In this document: positions 19,215 through 29,516 of the stretch, piece after piece | Layout: each line of letters opens with the position of its first letter | Numbering within the stretch: position 1 is the stretch's first letter | Assembly: GCA_965649055.1 (NCBI GenBank) | Contig: CBFGJG010000004.1 | Span: forward strand, 7,654 to 71,653 | Direction: 5' to 3' | Length of the DNA stretch: 64,000 bases | DNA from: a candidate division WOR-3 bacterium | GTDB taxonomy: Bacteria; Hydrothermota; UBA3072; B12-G15 | Notes under the pieces: generated by a model | What the model was told of the DNA's origin: nothing | Database searches by the model: none | Seen by the model: only the letters and a program-made list of their open reading frames with translations | Program-made: the position numbers and the translations under genes

Positions 19215-21011
19215 TTATATAATATCCTGTTTGAAGAGTTCTTTATAAAGTTTACATTTTTTTATTAATTCTTTATGCCTTCCATCACAGACAATTTTCC
19301 CATCATTCATAACAATAACCCTTTCAGTAATGAGGATTGTCGAAGGTCTATGTGCTATAAGTATGAGCGTTTTTCCTTTAAAAAATTCCTTCAATATTTT
19401 AGTAAATTTTTTTTCCGATACGGAATCCATACTCGATGTTGGTTCATCCATAATTATTATATCAGGTTCTTTTAGCATTGTTCTTACTATTGATATCATT
19501 TGTTTTTCACCACCTGATAACATAGAACCTTTTTCACCAGTTTTTGAGTAAACATTCTCTCTGAGTTTTGATATTATTCTATTAAATTCAAACTTTTTGA
19601 GTGCTTCTTTCAATTCTGTTTCATTCATTTCGTCAATACCATATATTAAATTATTAAATAGTGTATCGTTAAAAAGAAAACTTTCCTGAGGTATTATCCC
19701 AATCTTTTTTCTATAACTTTCTGTCTCTATATTTCTTAAAGATATTCCATCAATTAAAATTTCTCCTTTATCAGGAATATAAAATTTAGAAAGTATATCA
19801 ACAAGTGTTGATTTTCCCGAACCTGATGGTCCTACGAGTGCTATCCATTCTCCTTTTTTTATCTCTAAGTTTATTCCTTTTAAAGCTTGATTCTCTTTAT
19901 AAGAAAAATGAACATTTTTAAATTCAATCTTATCGTTGAATCCTTTGAATTTTATTTTGCCATAATATTCTTTGTTCAGGTCAGATGAAAATAATTCGAG
20001 CATCCTTGTGGACGCTGTAATTGCCTGCTGGATATATGAATTTGCCCAGAAGATTCTTTTTAAAGGTCCCATAATTGAAGCTATTGAAGCTATAAAAACA
20101 AGAAACTGGTCAGCTGAAAGTGATTTTTCAATAAAAATAAGTCTTCCTCCGATTAAAAGGAATATAACACCAATAGCAGCTGTCAAGATCTCAACCGATG
20201 GGGATGATAAACCGCTTACAAAAATATATCTTATAGTTGAATAAAAATATGTTTTAACATTTTCCTTGAATTTCTCAGTCTCTTTATCTTCTTTTGAAAA
20301 TGCCTTCATAATCTTTATACCTGAGATTGCTTCTGAAAGATTTTGAGTAATAATTCCAAAGTTATCCTGGAGTTTTTTGGACCTTTTCCTTATCTTTTTG
20401 TTTATAAAATAAAAAAATATTGTTAAAACCGGAAAAAACAATAAAGCTAATATTGTTAGTTTCCATGAGATTATAATGGAGAGAAAAAGGTAAACGAATA
20501 AAAGAAAGATTTCCCTTGTGAATACTGCAATTCCATTCACATAACCTTCTCTCAGATAATTCGCATCATTAACAAATTTTGCAATTATATCACCTGAACC
20601 TTTTTCCTTAAAGAAGCTTAAAGGCTTTCTGAGTAGATTCTGGAAAAGTTCTATCCTTATATCTTTCAATATTGATTCACCAAAATAGAAATTCATTATA
20701 TTGTCAATATACATTATTAAAAATCTAAAAAGATAAATTATAACAACTATTATTGATATTTTCTTTAAGGCTTCAAAATTGGAATAAGAAAAAACAAATC
20801 TTTGGAGGAAATTCGCAATTGGATTTAAAAAGCCGTATCTTGAAAGAAAATCTGGAACGCCACCTATTCCAAATAAAACCCTGAGTAACGGTGATAAAGT
20901 TCCAAGTGTTAATCCTTCAGAAAGAGACCTTATGAAAAGGATTAAAATTAAAATAAGGAATTTATATTTTTCCCTAAATAAAAATCTTAGAATAAATTTT
21001 CTTTCTTCCAT
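19215..21011 (-). CDS. ABC exporter, fused permease-ATPase (MsbA/lipid A exporter-like)
   Basis: Six-TM N-terminal half. NBD with 'GPSGSGKST', 'LSGGEKQMISIVR' and 'IIIMDEPTSSMD'. Confidence 0.85.
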   Translation of the reverse strand: MEERKFILRFLFREKYKFLILILILFIRSLSEGLTLGTLSPLLRVLFGIGGVPDFLSRYGFLNPIANFLQRFVFSYSNFEALKKISIIVVIIYLFRFLIMYIDNIMNFYFGESILKDIRIELFQNLLRKPLSFFKEKGSGDIIAKFVNDANYLREGYVNGIAVFTREIFLLFVYLFLSIIISWKLTILALLFFPVLTIFFYFINKKIRKRSKKLQDNFGIITQNLSEAISGIKIMKAFSKEDKETEKFKENVKTYFYSTIRYIFVSGLSSPSVEILTAAIGVIFLLIGGRLIFIEKSLSADQFLVFIASIASIMGPLKRIFWANSYIQQAITASTRMLELFSSDLNKEYYGKIKFKGFNDKIEFKNVHFSYKENQALKGINLEIKKGEWIALVGPSGSGKSTLVDILSKFYIPDKGEILIDGISLRNIETESYRKKIGIIPQESFLFNDTLFNNLIYGIDEMNETELKEALKKFEFNRIISKLRENVYSKTGEKGSMLSGGEKQMISIVRTMLKEPDIIIMDEPTSSMDSVSEKKFTKILKEFFKGKTLILIAHRPSTILITERVIVMNDGKIVCDGRHKELIKKCKLYKELFKQDII

Positions 21012-22252
21012 TTCTCTATTTCAAGAATCTTACCAACAAGATAAAGAGAACCTGTTATAAGGTAAGGTGGTTTTAGTTTTTTTAAAAATTTATAAGCATC
21101 TCCAACATCTTCAAAGTATGAAAATTTTTTCCTGTTTTTTTTTATTTCCAAGATTAAATCTTCTTCATTTATCGCCCTTTCACCACCAATTTTTGCGAGT
21201 ATAAAGTTTTCTGTTAATTCAGAGAGTATTTTAATCATTTCTTTATAAGGTTTTCTTTTAAGACAGTAAAAAAGAACAACGGGTTTTTCTTTTATAACAT
21301 TTTTATAAGTCTTTGTTAAAATCTCTATAGACCTTTTGTTATGCGCTCCGTCGAGGATTGTAAGTGGATTTTTCTTTAAAATCTGGAATCTTCCCGGGAA
21401 TATTACTTCCTTCAATGCATCTTTTGTTTTCAGATAATCAAATTTAAAAGGTGATTGATTAACCGCTTCTATTGCAGTTGCTGCATTCCTTGCCTGATGT
21501 TCACCTGTCATTTTTATGAAATATTCATTTCCATTGTATGAAAATAGGGTTCCATCAAGCGAGATATTTTTTATTTTAACAGGTGTATCAATACCTACAA
21601 ATGTTACTTTTGATTTTGCTAATCCGCTGATATAATCCCTGACTATCTTTTTCTGTGGTGATGAAACAATCGGAACATATTCCCTTGTAATTCCCATCTT
21701 TTCTTTTGTTATATTTTTCAATGTTCTACCAAGTATATGTGTATGGTCATAGGATATTTCTGTTATAACTGAAACAACAGGCTCAACAACGTTTGTTGCA
21801 TCAAGTCTTCCACCAAGCCCCACTTCAAATACCGCAACATCTACTTTTTTTTCTTTAAAATATAAAAATGACATAAGGGTCAAAGTTTCAAAAACGCTTC
21901 TGTAACTTCCATTCCTTACCTTTTCCTTTATATAAGATATTAAATCAGCAAATTCCTGTTTCCCAATTAACTTTCCATCAATGCTTATCCTTTCCCTTAT
22001 ATCAACAAGATGAGGGGATAGAAAAAGGCCTGTTTTATAACCATTAGAATTCAAGATTTTTGCAATGAATAACGAAGTGCTTCCTTTTCCTTTTGTTCCT
22101 GCAACAATAAAAGAAGGAAAATATTTATGGGGATTACCAAAATCATTAAGTGTTTTCTTGAAATCATCAAGTGATTCAGGGTATTTTACCTTCGCTGATT
22201 TTTCTCTGTCTATCAGGGAATTTAGAAATCTATTTGCTTCTTCGAAATTCAT
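20987..22252 (-). CDS. folC: Folylpolyglutamate synthase / dihydrofolate synthase (Mur ligase family)
   Basis: 'VAGTKGKGSTS' P-loop and Mur ligase middle and C-terminal domains. Confidence 0.85.
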   Translation of the reverse strand: MNFEEANRFLNSLIDREKSAKVKYPESLDDFKKTLNDFGNPHKYFPSFIVAGTKGKGSTSLFIAKILNSNGYKTGLFLSPHLVDIRERISIDGKLIGKQEFADLISYIKEKVRNGSYRSVFETLTLMSFLYFKEKKVDVAVFEVGLGGRLDATNVVEPVVSVITEISYDHTHILGRTLKNITKEKMGITREYVPIVSSPQKKIVRDYISGLAKSKVTFVGIDTPVKIKNISLDGTLFSYNGNEYFIKMTGEHQARNAATAIEAVNQSPFKFDYLKTKDALKEVIFPGRFQILKKNPLTILDGAHNKRSIEILTKTYKNVIKEKPVVLFYCLKRKPYKEMIKILSELTENFILAKIGGERAINEEDLILEIKKNRKKFSYFEDVGDAYKFLKKLKPPYLITGSLYLVGKILEIEKWKKENLF

Positions 22253-22979
22253 CTAAATTTTTCCATCCAAGAAAGATATCTCCAAGATGTTTTTTTATAA
22301 CATTGATAAGTTTATCTTTAAATTCGCTGGCTTCTTTTATATCAAATCTTGGTGCTCCTTCGTTTTTCTTATAAATAATAATAGAACCAGGTATTGGGAC
22401 AGCATAAATGCCATCATTATAAAGATAAATATCTTCTTTTTTATAAAGATTCTTATCTACAAGTTCAGGGAAAATTGAATATATCATAGCGTTTTCATCA
22501 ACACCTGCATGTGAACCTGATTCACCAAAATATTCTTTTGTTAGTTCAGAACAAAGAATCCACCAGTGTATAGCTGCACAATAGACATTTCTTTCCCTGT
22601 ATATTTTGTACACTATTTCTTTTAACACATTATTGTTCCCACCATGACCATTAAAGATTATTATTTTCCTGAAACCTATCGATGATAATCCTTTTAGAAC
22701 TTCTAAAACATATTCTTCAAAAACCCTGTCATCAATTGTAATTGAACCGGGATATGGAAGAAGTGAATGTGTTATCCCGTAACTTATAGTTGGGCTTACA
22801 ATTGCATTGAATTCTTCGGCAAGGTTATTGGCAAGAAATTCGGGTATAATATTATCAGTCCCGAGTGGACCACACCCGTGTGCTTCGATTGTTCCTACAG
22901 GAAGAAAACAGGTATCAATTTTTTCTGGAACTAACCTGCTTAATTCCTTCCAGTTAATCCTTTCTAATCTTCTTTCCAT
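22230..22979 (-). CDS. Creatininase-family amidohydrolase
   Basis: 'LPVGTIEAHGCGPLGTD' and 'FNGHGGN' match creatininase family metal ligands. Confidence 0.7.
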   Translation of the reverse strand: MERRLERINWKELSRLVPEKIDTCFLPVGTIEAHGCGPLGTDNIIPEFLANNLAEEFNAIVSPTISYGITHSLLPYPGSITIDDRVFEEYVLEVLKGLSSIGFRKIIIFNGHGGNNNVLKEIVYKIYRERNVYCAAIHWWILCSELTKEYFGESGSHAGVDENAMIYSIFPELVDKNLYKKEDIYLYNDGIYAVPIPGSIIIYKKNEGAPRFDIKEASEFKDKLINVIKKHLGDIFLGWKNLDEFRRSK

Positions 22980-23686
22980 CTTCTGTAATACTCTATTTTT
23001 TCCTTCATCTCTCGAACTGCGTTCCCTAAACCTGTAATAACAGACCTTGCTACGATTGAATGCCCAATATTAAGTTCTATAATCTCCTGTATCTTTGCAA
23101 TTTCCCCAACATTCTGTAGGTTCAAACCATGACCTGCGTGGACTTCAAGACCCAAGGATAATGCTTTTCTTGCTGTTGATTCTATATCTTTTAATGTTTT
23201 TTTATCAAGTGTTTCTGCATACTTTCCTGTATTAATCTCTATAGCATTTGCTCCAATATCCTTTGAAATAATAGCAGCTTCTATATCCGGCTCAACGAAT
23301 AAAGTAACTTTTATGTTATTCTGTTTTAATCTTTCTATAACTTTTTCAACCGCTTTACTCATTTTTTTTAGGTCTAACCCACCTTCTGTTGTTATCTCTT
23401 CCATTCTTTCAGGAACAATACACACCCAGTGTGGTTTTACCTCGTTTATAAAATCCTGAATATTTTTATCGATAGAACATTCAACATTAAGATGGGTTTT
23501 TACAACCTGCTTCAACAATCTTATATCCCTTTCTTTTATATGCCTTCTGTCTATCCTTAAATGAACTGTTATACCATCTGCTCCATTTGACTCTGCTATG
23601 ATTGCGGCTTCAACAGGTTCAGGATAATTTACACCCCTTAATTCCCTTATTGTTGCTATATGGTCAATATTAACACCAAGCCTCAT
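22964..23686 (-). CDS. pdxJ: Pyridoxine 5'-phosphate synthase
   Basis: 'LGVNIDHIATIR' N-terminus and 'HAGHGL' are typical of PdxJ. Confidence 0.9.
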   Translation of the reverse strand: MRLGVNIDHIATIRELRGVNYPEPVEAAIIAESNGADGITVHLRIDRRHIKERDIRLLKQVVKTHLNVECSIDKNIQDFINEVKPHWVCIVPERMEEITTEGGLDLKKMSKAVEKVIERLKQNNIKVTLFVEPDIEAAIISKDIGANAIEINTGKYAETLDKKTLKDIESTARKALSLGLEVHAGHGLNLQNVGEIAKIQEIIELNIGHSIVARSVITGLGNAVREMKEKIEYYRRWKED

Positions 23687-24051
23687 TGCTGTGAGATTCT
23701 CCTGTCTGTCTCCCTTAATCTCTTAACAAGTGTGAGAATAAGTGCACCTATAAGGGGTTCTTCTTCCATTTTTTTTCTTAATGTTTCTGCATCAAGGACC
23801 TGAACAATTGTTTCTTCAATTGCTTCTGCAGTTGCAGAACGTGGTCTTCTGTCAAGAACTCCCATTTCACCAACAAAATCTCCACTCCTTAATTCTGCGA
23901 GGACAACATTGTTTTTTATTATCTTGACCCTGCCGCGCAGAATGAGATACATCTCATAAGATGGGTCACCTTCCTTAAAAATAATTTCTCCTTTTTTAAA
24001 GGATTTTTCCTTTGTCATTTTAATCTCCTTGATGGGAATTTTCTTTCCCAA
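23683..24051 (-). CDS. Cyclic-nucleotide-binding domain protein
   Basis: cNMP-binding fold 'FKKGEIIFKEGDPSYEMYLILRGRVKI…GDFVGEMGVL…RSATAEA'. Confidence 0.7.
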   Translation of the reverse strand: MGKKIPIKEIKMTKEKSFKKGEIIFKEGDPSYEMYLILRGRVKIIKNNVVLAELRSGDFVGEMGVLDRRPRSATAEAIEETIVQVLDAETLRKKMEEEPLIGALILTLVKRLRETDRRISQQ

Positions 24052-26432
24052 TCAGAGACTAAAGTTGCAACAACGAATATACTTGAGTAAGTTCCTGATA
24101 TAATTCCAACAAGAAGTGTAAAAGCAAAATCATGGATAACCCTACCACCAAAGAAGAAAAGTACAACAACTACAAACAAAGTGGTTAGAGCGGTTATAAT
24201 TGTCCTTCCAAGGGTTTCATTTAGGCTTCTATTGATAATTGTATCGTAGTTATCTTTCCTTAAGAGTTTTACATTTTCCCTTATTCTATCCGAAACGATG
24301 ATTGAATCATTTATTGAATAACCAAGTATTGTTAATATAGCAGCAATAACTGATATTGTTATTTCTTTGTTCGTTATTGATAAAAATCCAAGGGTTATAA
24401 TGAGGTCGTGAATGAGCGCAAGAACAGATGCGGTCCCTATTCTAAAAGTGAATCTTATAGAGACATATAATAGAATTCCAACCATACTTAAGATAACAAC
24501 CCAAAGAGTTCTTAATCTCAAACCTGCACTTGTGGAAGGTCCAACAAGTTCTTCCCTTGGATATTCAATCTTGTTATCTTTAAAACTTTCGCTTATCACC
24601 TTTTTTATGTTTTCCATTACCTTTGGGTCTGTTTCTTTAGTCCTTACAAGGAAGATATTTGTCCCGGAATACTTCTGGATATTACTTTCTCCAAGTCCAA
24701 GTTTACCCAGTGTTGCTCTTAATTCACCTATACTTACCGGTTTTTCAAATGAAACTTCAAATATGTATCCACCTGTGAAATCAACACCATATCTAAAACC
24801 TTTATGTGCGATAACAGAGCCTATTGAAATTAAAATCAGTGCTAATGAAAGATAGTAGGCTATTTTTCTTATCTTAATAAAATTTATATTTGGGTTTCTG
24901 AAAACAATGAGCATTTTTATTGATTTTATTCTTCCAAGAGAGACAGTATCAAGGATCATTCTGGATACGAATAATGCAGTGAAGAAAGATGCTACAAGAC
25001 CTAAAGAGAGTGTTATAGCGAAACCCCTGATAGGTCCTGTACCAAACCAGTAAAGTATAAGTGCGGTGAATATAGTTGTAACATTTGCATCAAATATCGT
25101 TATAAATACCCTTGAATATGCAGCTGCAATAGAAGTCCTTAGAGTCTTCCCAGCAGAAAGTTCTTCCCTTAATCTCTCATAGATTAAAACATTTGCATCA
25201 ACAGCCATACCAATTGTTAAAACAATACCTGCAATACCCGGTAGTGTTAATGTTGCCCTGAAAGCAGATAACATAGCAAGGAGGAATAAAACATTCAATA
25301 TGAGCCCAAAATCTGCTATAATACCAGGTATAAAATAGTAAATTATCATAAATATGAAAACAATTAGTGCTGCAATAATGAATGAAAAGCTTCCCTGTCT
25401 TATTGAGTCTATACCGAGTGAAGGACCAACAACCCTTTCTTCGACTATATTAAGAGGAGCAGGTAATGCACCTGCTTTTAATATGATTGCGAGTGTTTTT
25501 GCATCTTCAAGTGTAGAACCACCCATTTCAATAAGTGATTGCCCTGATGGGATTCTTTCTTTTACAACAGGTGCAGACTGAACAACACCATCAAGGACAA
25601 TAGCGATTCTTTTTCCAATATTTGCACCTGTTATCATTGCCCATTTTCCTCTTGCTTCCCTTGTCATGGTGAGTTCAACCCTTGGTGCATAAGGATTTCC
25701 TGGTGTTCCGAGACCCGGAATAGCATCAAGTATCGCATCACCGGTAAGAAGAGGTTCTGCCTTAACAAGGTATAAAGGGTAAAGGGAATATCCCTGCATC
25801 AAAATTTTTTCACCCCAGAGGAATTCATATCCATATGGTATAAGTTCTTTCACTTTTTGATCATTGAGTAATCTTTCAACATTAGTCCTATAGTTTTCTT
25901 CTATACCCTGCATTTCTGATACAAAATATCCTGAAAGTGTCATTGTATCACCGTATGTTTTCTTTAAATATTCATCTATTACACTTAAAGTATTTTTTAA
26001 GATTTCGGGATCTGCAACAAGTTTGAATTCAAGGAGTGCTGTTTTCCCTATAATCTCTTCAGCCCTTTCCTTGTTTATCACACCGGGAAGTTGTATAAGT
26101 ATTTTATCCGTTCCCTGTTTCTGTATAATAGGTTCTGATACGCCAAATTTGTCAATTCTGTTTCTAATAATCTCAAGTGCCCTATCAATAGCACCTGTCT
26201 GTTCTTCGGGTTTCAACTTCGATTTGTCTATCTCAAGAACGATATGCATACCACCCCTTAAGTCAAGACCAAGATGTAGCGCCCTTGAGGATAACTTTTT
26301 TAGCTGTAAAGGATCAAAATAACTTTTGTCTTCTTCAGTGAGTCTAAAATACCTATAAGAATAAGACAATTGCCAAATAGAAAGACCTATAAGGATTACT
26401 ACTAAAAGATATTTCCATTGTAGATTTCGCAT
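24015..26432 (-). CDS. secDF: Protein translocase subunit SecDF (fused)
   Basis: 805 aa with two 6-TM modules and a large periplasmic domain. SecD and SecF signatures are present. Confidence 0.9.
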   Translation of the reverse strand: MRNLQWKYLLVVILIGLSIWQLSYSYRYFRLTEEDKSYFDPLQLKKLSSRALHLGLDLRGGMHIVLEIDKSKLKPEEQTGAIDRALEIIRNRIDKFGVSEPIIQKQGTDKILIQLPGVINKERAEEIIGKTALLEFKLVADPEILKNTLSVIDEYLKKTYGDTMTLSGYFVSEMQGIEENYRTNVERLLNDQKVKELIPYGYEFLWGEKILMQGYSLYPLYLVKAEPLLTGDAILDAIPGLGTPGNPYAPRVELTMTREARGKWAMITGANIGKRIAIVLDGVVQSAPVVKERIPSGQSLIEMGGSTLEDAKTLAIILKAGALPAPLNIVEERVVGPSLGIDSIRQGSFSFIIAALIVFIFMIIYYFIPGIIADFGLILNVLFLLAMLSAFRATLTLPGIAGIVLTIGMAVDANVLIYERLREELSAGKTLRTSIAAAYSRVFITIFDANVTTIFTALILYWFGTGPIRGFAITLSLGLVASFFTALFVSRMILDTVSLGRIKSIKMLIVFRNPNINFIKIRKIAYYLSLALILISIGSVIAHKGFRYGVDFTGGYIFEVSFEKPVSIGELRATLGKLGLGESNIQKYSGTNIFLVRTKETDPKVMENIKKVISESFKDNKIEYPREELVGPSTSAGLRLRTLWVVILSMVGILLYVSIRFTFRIGTASVLALIHDLIITLGFLSITNKEITISVIAAILTILGYSINDSIIVSDRIRENVKLLRKDNYDTIINRSLNETLGRTIITALTTLFVVVVLFFFGGRVIHDFAFTLLVGIISGTYSSIFVVATLVSDWERKFPSRRLK

Positions 26433-26440
26433 TTAACCTC

Positions 26441-27064
26441 CTAAATGAATATTTTTTTGCCTTTACCAATTATTTCGTTTAATGCGTCTTTGAAATAGTT
26501 TGTTGTTTTTAGAACTTCAGGGTCAACTGATTCAGAATAAAACTTGTAAGATGTTTTTATCTCTTCGCCAAGAAGTTCTTTTAAGTTCCCTTCTGCAAGA
26601 CCCCTATCTATCTTTTCCTTATGATATAGAAGTAGGTCCCTTGCAAGTGAACGTGCAAGCCTTTTTGCATGTCTGTGTTTGTTTTTTTTCTCTTCAGGCC
26701 AGTCAGGTGGAAATTCTGCAGTATCTCCACCTATACCTAAAGAAGCCTTTAACCTTTCTGCTGCTGCGGCGAATTGTGAAGGTGTAGGTTGTGGCTTGGG
26801 AGGTGGTGTTGGTGTAGGTTTTGGTGTGGGTGTCGGAGTAGGAGTAGGTGTTGGTTGTGGTTTAACAAATGGAGGTGTTGGGGTAGGTTTTGGTGTCTCT
26901 ATAGTAGGTGTTTCAACTATAGGTTCAAGATGGATATTTAAAGGTTCTCTATATATTGTAAAAACATTTCCACATTTTGGGCATTTTACAGGTGCACCAC
27001 CAACAGGAACATCTGAATCATTTACCCTGTATTTTGTCTTACATTTAGGGCATTCAGTAAACAT
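26441..27064 (-). CDS. Zinc-ribbon (MJ0042-type, CPKC…CPKC) protein with a Pro/Thr-rich (PTPTPTPKP) linker and a conserved basic C-terminal domain
   Basis: 'CPKCKTKYRV…CPKCGNVF' four-Cys ribbon. Low-complexity PT repeats are visible as GGTGTNGG DNA repeats at 26790-26900. Confidence 0.5.
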   Translation of the reverse strand: MFTECPKCKTKYRVNDSDVPVGGAPVKCPKCGNVFTIYREPLNIHLEPIVETPTIETPKPTPTPPFVKPQPTPTPTPTPTPKPTPTPPPKPQPTPSQFAAAAERLKASLGIGGDTAEFPPDWPEEKKNKHRHAKRLARSLARDLLLYHKEKIDRGLAEGNLKELLGEEIKTSYKFYSESVDPEVLKTTNYFKDALNEIIGKGKKIFI

Positions 27065-27113
27065 ATTTTTCCTCCAAGTTTATAATATAAAAATAAAAGA
27101 ATTTGTAATTGTG

Positions 27114-27695
27114 TCAATAAAATTTTAAAAATAATTCCATTATAATAGCACCGCATATTCCTGTTGTGAAATTATCGTCTATTTTGTTTGGAAGCATCTC
27201 TATTATGCTTGAGGTTAATGCTCCTATAAAGATAACAATTAGAGGAAGATGAAAATAAAGATTAAGAATTAATCCAATAATAATGGATGAAGTGAAAAAG
27301 GCGAGACTACCTTCGATACTTTTACCCCATTTAAACCTGTGTTTACCATAAGGAATTCCTATGAGATTTGAAAATGTATCACCTATAATAAGATATGATA
27401 TTGATAATATTGCCACAGGTTTTGAAAAAATTCCAATGATAATCGAAAGGGCTATTAGGAAGAAAGTATCTCCAAGGAGGATACCGGGTTCTTTTTTTAA
27501 GACACCTTTTGAATGTTCATGCAGGACATTGTAAAAATTAGGTGTTATCTTCCGTATAACTTCTATTGGTGTAAGAATACCAAGAAGATAAAAGATTAGC
27601 ATCTGAACAGGTATCTTTGAGGGTGTAAAAAAATAAAGAACCGGGAAAACGCTTCCGGCAAGGATTCTATAAAGTTTTCTTGCTTTTATCTTCAT
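27114..27695 (-). CDS. CTP-dependent polyprenol/diacylglycerol kinase family membrane protein (dolichol/phytol kinase-like; often annotated as CdsA-like)
   Basis: Polytopic. 'GDTFSNLIGIPYGKHRF…KSIEGSLAFF' matches the GD…G..G…KS.EGS.A kinase-family motif. Confidence 0.55.
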   Translation of the reverse strand: MKIKARKLYRILAGSVFPVLYFFTPSKIPVQMLIFYLLGILTPIEVIRKITPNFYNVLHEHSKGVLKKEPGILLGDTFFLIALSIIIGIFSKPVAILSISYLIIGDTFSNLIGIPYGKHRFKWGKSIEGSLAFFTSSIIIGLILNLYFHLPLIVIFIGALTSSIIEMLPNKIDDNFTTGICGAIIMELFLKFY

Positions 27696-28266
27696 GTTTT
27701 TTCCTTATATTCATTTCTTTAATTGTATCTATATTTGCGATTGTTCCTAAGGATAAAAAGATAATAAAGAATGGAAGAACCCATTTTATATGTGACCAGT
27801 AGATAAGAAAAACTATAGAAAGACCAATACCAAAAATTGAGACTATAAGGAAGGGATTTCTTGGTGATTTTCTTGTTATGTAATAAAGAAGAAGTGCAAT
27901 GGGGAAGAATTTGGGAAATAGAAAAAGGAGTATACCACCTGATGTTGATGCACCTTTTCCACCTTTAAATCTTAAAAAAATAGACCAGCAATGTCCGGAA
28001 AGTGCTGCAATACCTGATAGCCCTGTATAGAATGGATGAATTTTAAAAATATATTTTGAAATGAGCATAGGTATAACACCTTTTATTGTATCAAGTATCC
28101 ATACTATTATTCCATAAATCTTACCAACTTCCCTTGAGACATTTGCTGCACCCGGATTTTTAGTTCCAACCTGAAGGATATTTACCCCTTTCAAACGTGA
28201 GATAATAATTGCAAAAGGTATTGAACCAAAAATATATCCAATTAGAAGGGATAAAACTATCTTCAT
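27667..28266 (-). CDS. plsY: Glycerol-3-phosphate acyltransferase PlsY
   Basis: 'TKNPGAANV', five TM helices and size (199 aa). Adjacent to lipid-metabolism genes. Confidence 0.85.
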   Translation of the reverse strand: MKIVLSLLIGYIFGSIPFAIIISRLKGVNILQVGTKNPGAANVSREVGKIYGIIVWILDTIKGVIPMLISKYIFKIHPFYTGLSGIAALSGHCWSIFLRFKGGKGASTSGGILLFLFPKFFPIALLLYYITRKSPRNPFLIVSIFGIGLSIVFLIYWSHIKWVLPFFIIFLSLGTIANIDTIKEMNIRKKHEDKSKKTL

Positions 28267-28349
28267 AATATAAAAATAAAAAATATTTATGTTTAGTCAA
28301 GTTTAAAGGTTTTTATTGACATTTTTTATTCGTTTTATATATATAATTT

Positions 28350-29516
28350 ATGAAATCAAACCTTGAGAAAATAGGAGTTATATTCATAGGTCTTTCAGGT
28401 CTTTTTTCAATTCATTCTGTGACAATTATGTCATTTTTTTTGATACTTACATTGATTATTCTCTTTATTACTATTGATAAGCAAAAGTTAAAAAAGATTA
28501 AAAATAACAGATTCTTTATACCATTTTTATTACTTTTCATTTATCTTTTAATCCAGATTTTTTTATCAAAGAACAAGATGGTAGCAGTTAATTATACAAA
28601 AGGGTGGTGGACAATAATCTATCTTTTTATAATACCATTATTTGTTAATGATAGAAAAAAAAGAAATCTAATTTTATTTTTTTATATAATAGGTGCAATA
28701 CTTGGAATAGTCTGGGGATTTTACAAATATTTTACTTACTACATAAATTCAATATATAGATTAAGAGGATTTGGCGTTGGTATTCTACCATTCGCATTAT
28801 TTATGGGATTTGGGCTCCTGTGTTTTGTTTATTTTTTTATAAAGAAGAAAAAATATCTTTTTTTAATACCTATAACACTTTCATCCCTTGTAATTAATTT
28901 CTCAAGGTCCATAGGTCCATTTCTTTCACTATTCCCAGCTATTAGCGTTTTTATATTAGGAAAAGATAAGAAAGAAAGATTTTTTCAGATTTTTTTATGC
29001 TTTATCATACTTATCCTGAGTTTCTTTTCTGTTGAAAAAACAATTGTTAAAGGTGTATCATATACAGAACCTGAAAAAATAACAAATGCAACTGCAAGAA
29101 AATTATACTGGAGATATTCATTGTATTGCTTTAAAAAATCACCAATTTTAGGTGTAAAAACAGGGGATTTCTGGACATATACTGATGATTTTATTTCAAA
29201 TAATATACTTACTGAATGGGAAATTAAACATATACAAAGAGCATTAAATACAAAGTTTCATGCTCATAATTTTTATATTGATACACTGGGTAGAACGGGT
29301 ATAATAGGTTTTACATTGATATTAATTTTTATAGTTACATTTTTTTACGAAATTCTAAGGTATTATAAAAAAGATAATGAAAGGTCCATTCTACTTTTAT
29401 CTTCTTTAGTTTATATTTTATTTTATTCATTTACAGAAGACCCGTTTTTTAAATCTGATATGGCTTTTCCGCTATATTACATTTTTTGTTCAAACACAGG
29501 ATATGATAATAATTAA
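28350..29516 (+). CDS. O-antigen ligase (Wzy_C)-family polytopic membrane protein
   Basis: At least 10 TM helices with a periplasmic loop 'FHAHNFYIDTLGRTGIIG' matching the Wzy_C/WaaL motif. Confidence 0.55.
   Translation: MKSNLEKIGVIFIGLSGLFSIHSVTIMSFFLILTLIILFITIDKQKLKKIKNNRFFIPFLLLFIYLLIQIFLSKNKMVAVNYTKGWWTIIYLFIIPLFVNDRKKRNLILFFYIIGAILGIVWGFYKYFTYYINSIYRLRGFGVGILPFALFMGFGLLCFVYFFIKKKKYLFLIPITLSSLVINFSRSIGPFLSLFPAISVFILGKDKKERFFQIFLCFIILILSFFSVEKTIVKGVSYTEPEKITNATARKLYWRYSLYCFKKSPILGVKTGDFWTYTDDFISNNILTEWEIKHIQRALNTKFHAHNFYIDTLGRTGIIGFTLILIFIVTFFYEILRYYKKDNERSILLLSSLVYILFYSFTEDPFFKSDMAFPLYYIFCSNTGYDNN

Noticed and set aside
26790-26900. GGTGTNGG tandem DNA repeat as a non-coding microsatellite
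   Set aside because: It is the coding sequence (minus strand) of the Pro/Thr linker in the zinc-ribbon protein.
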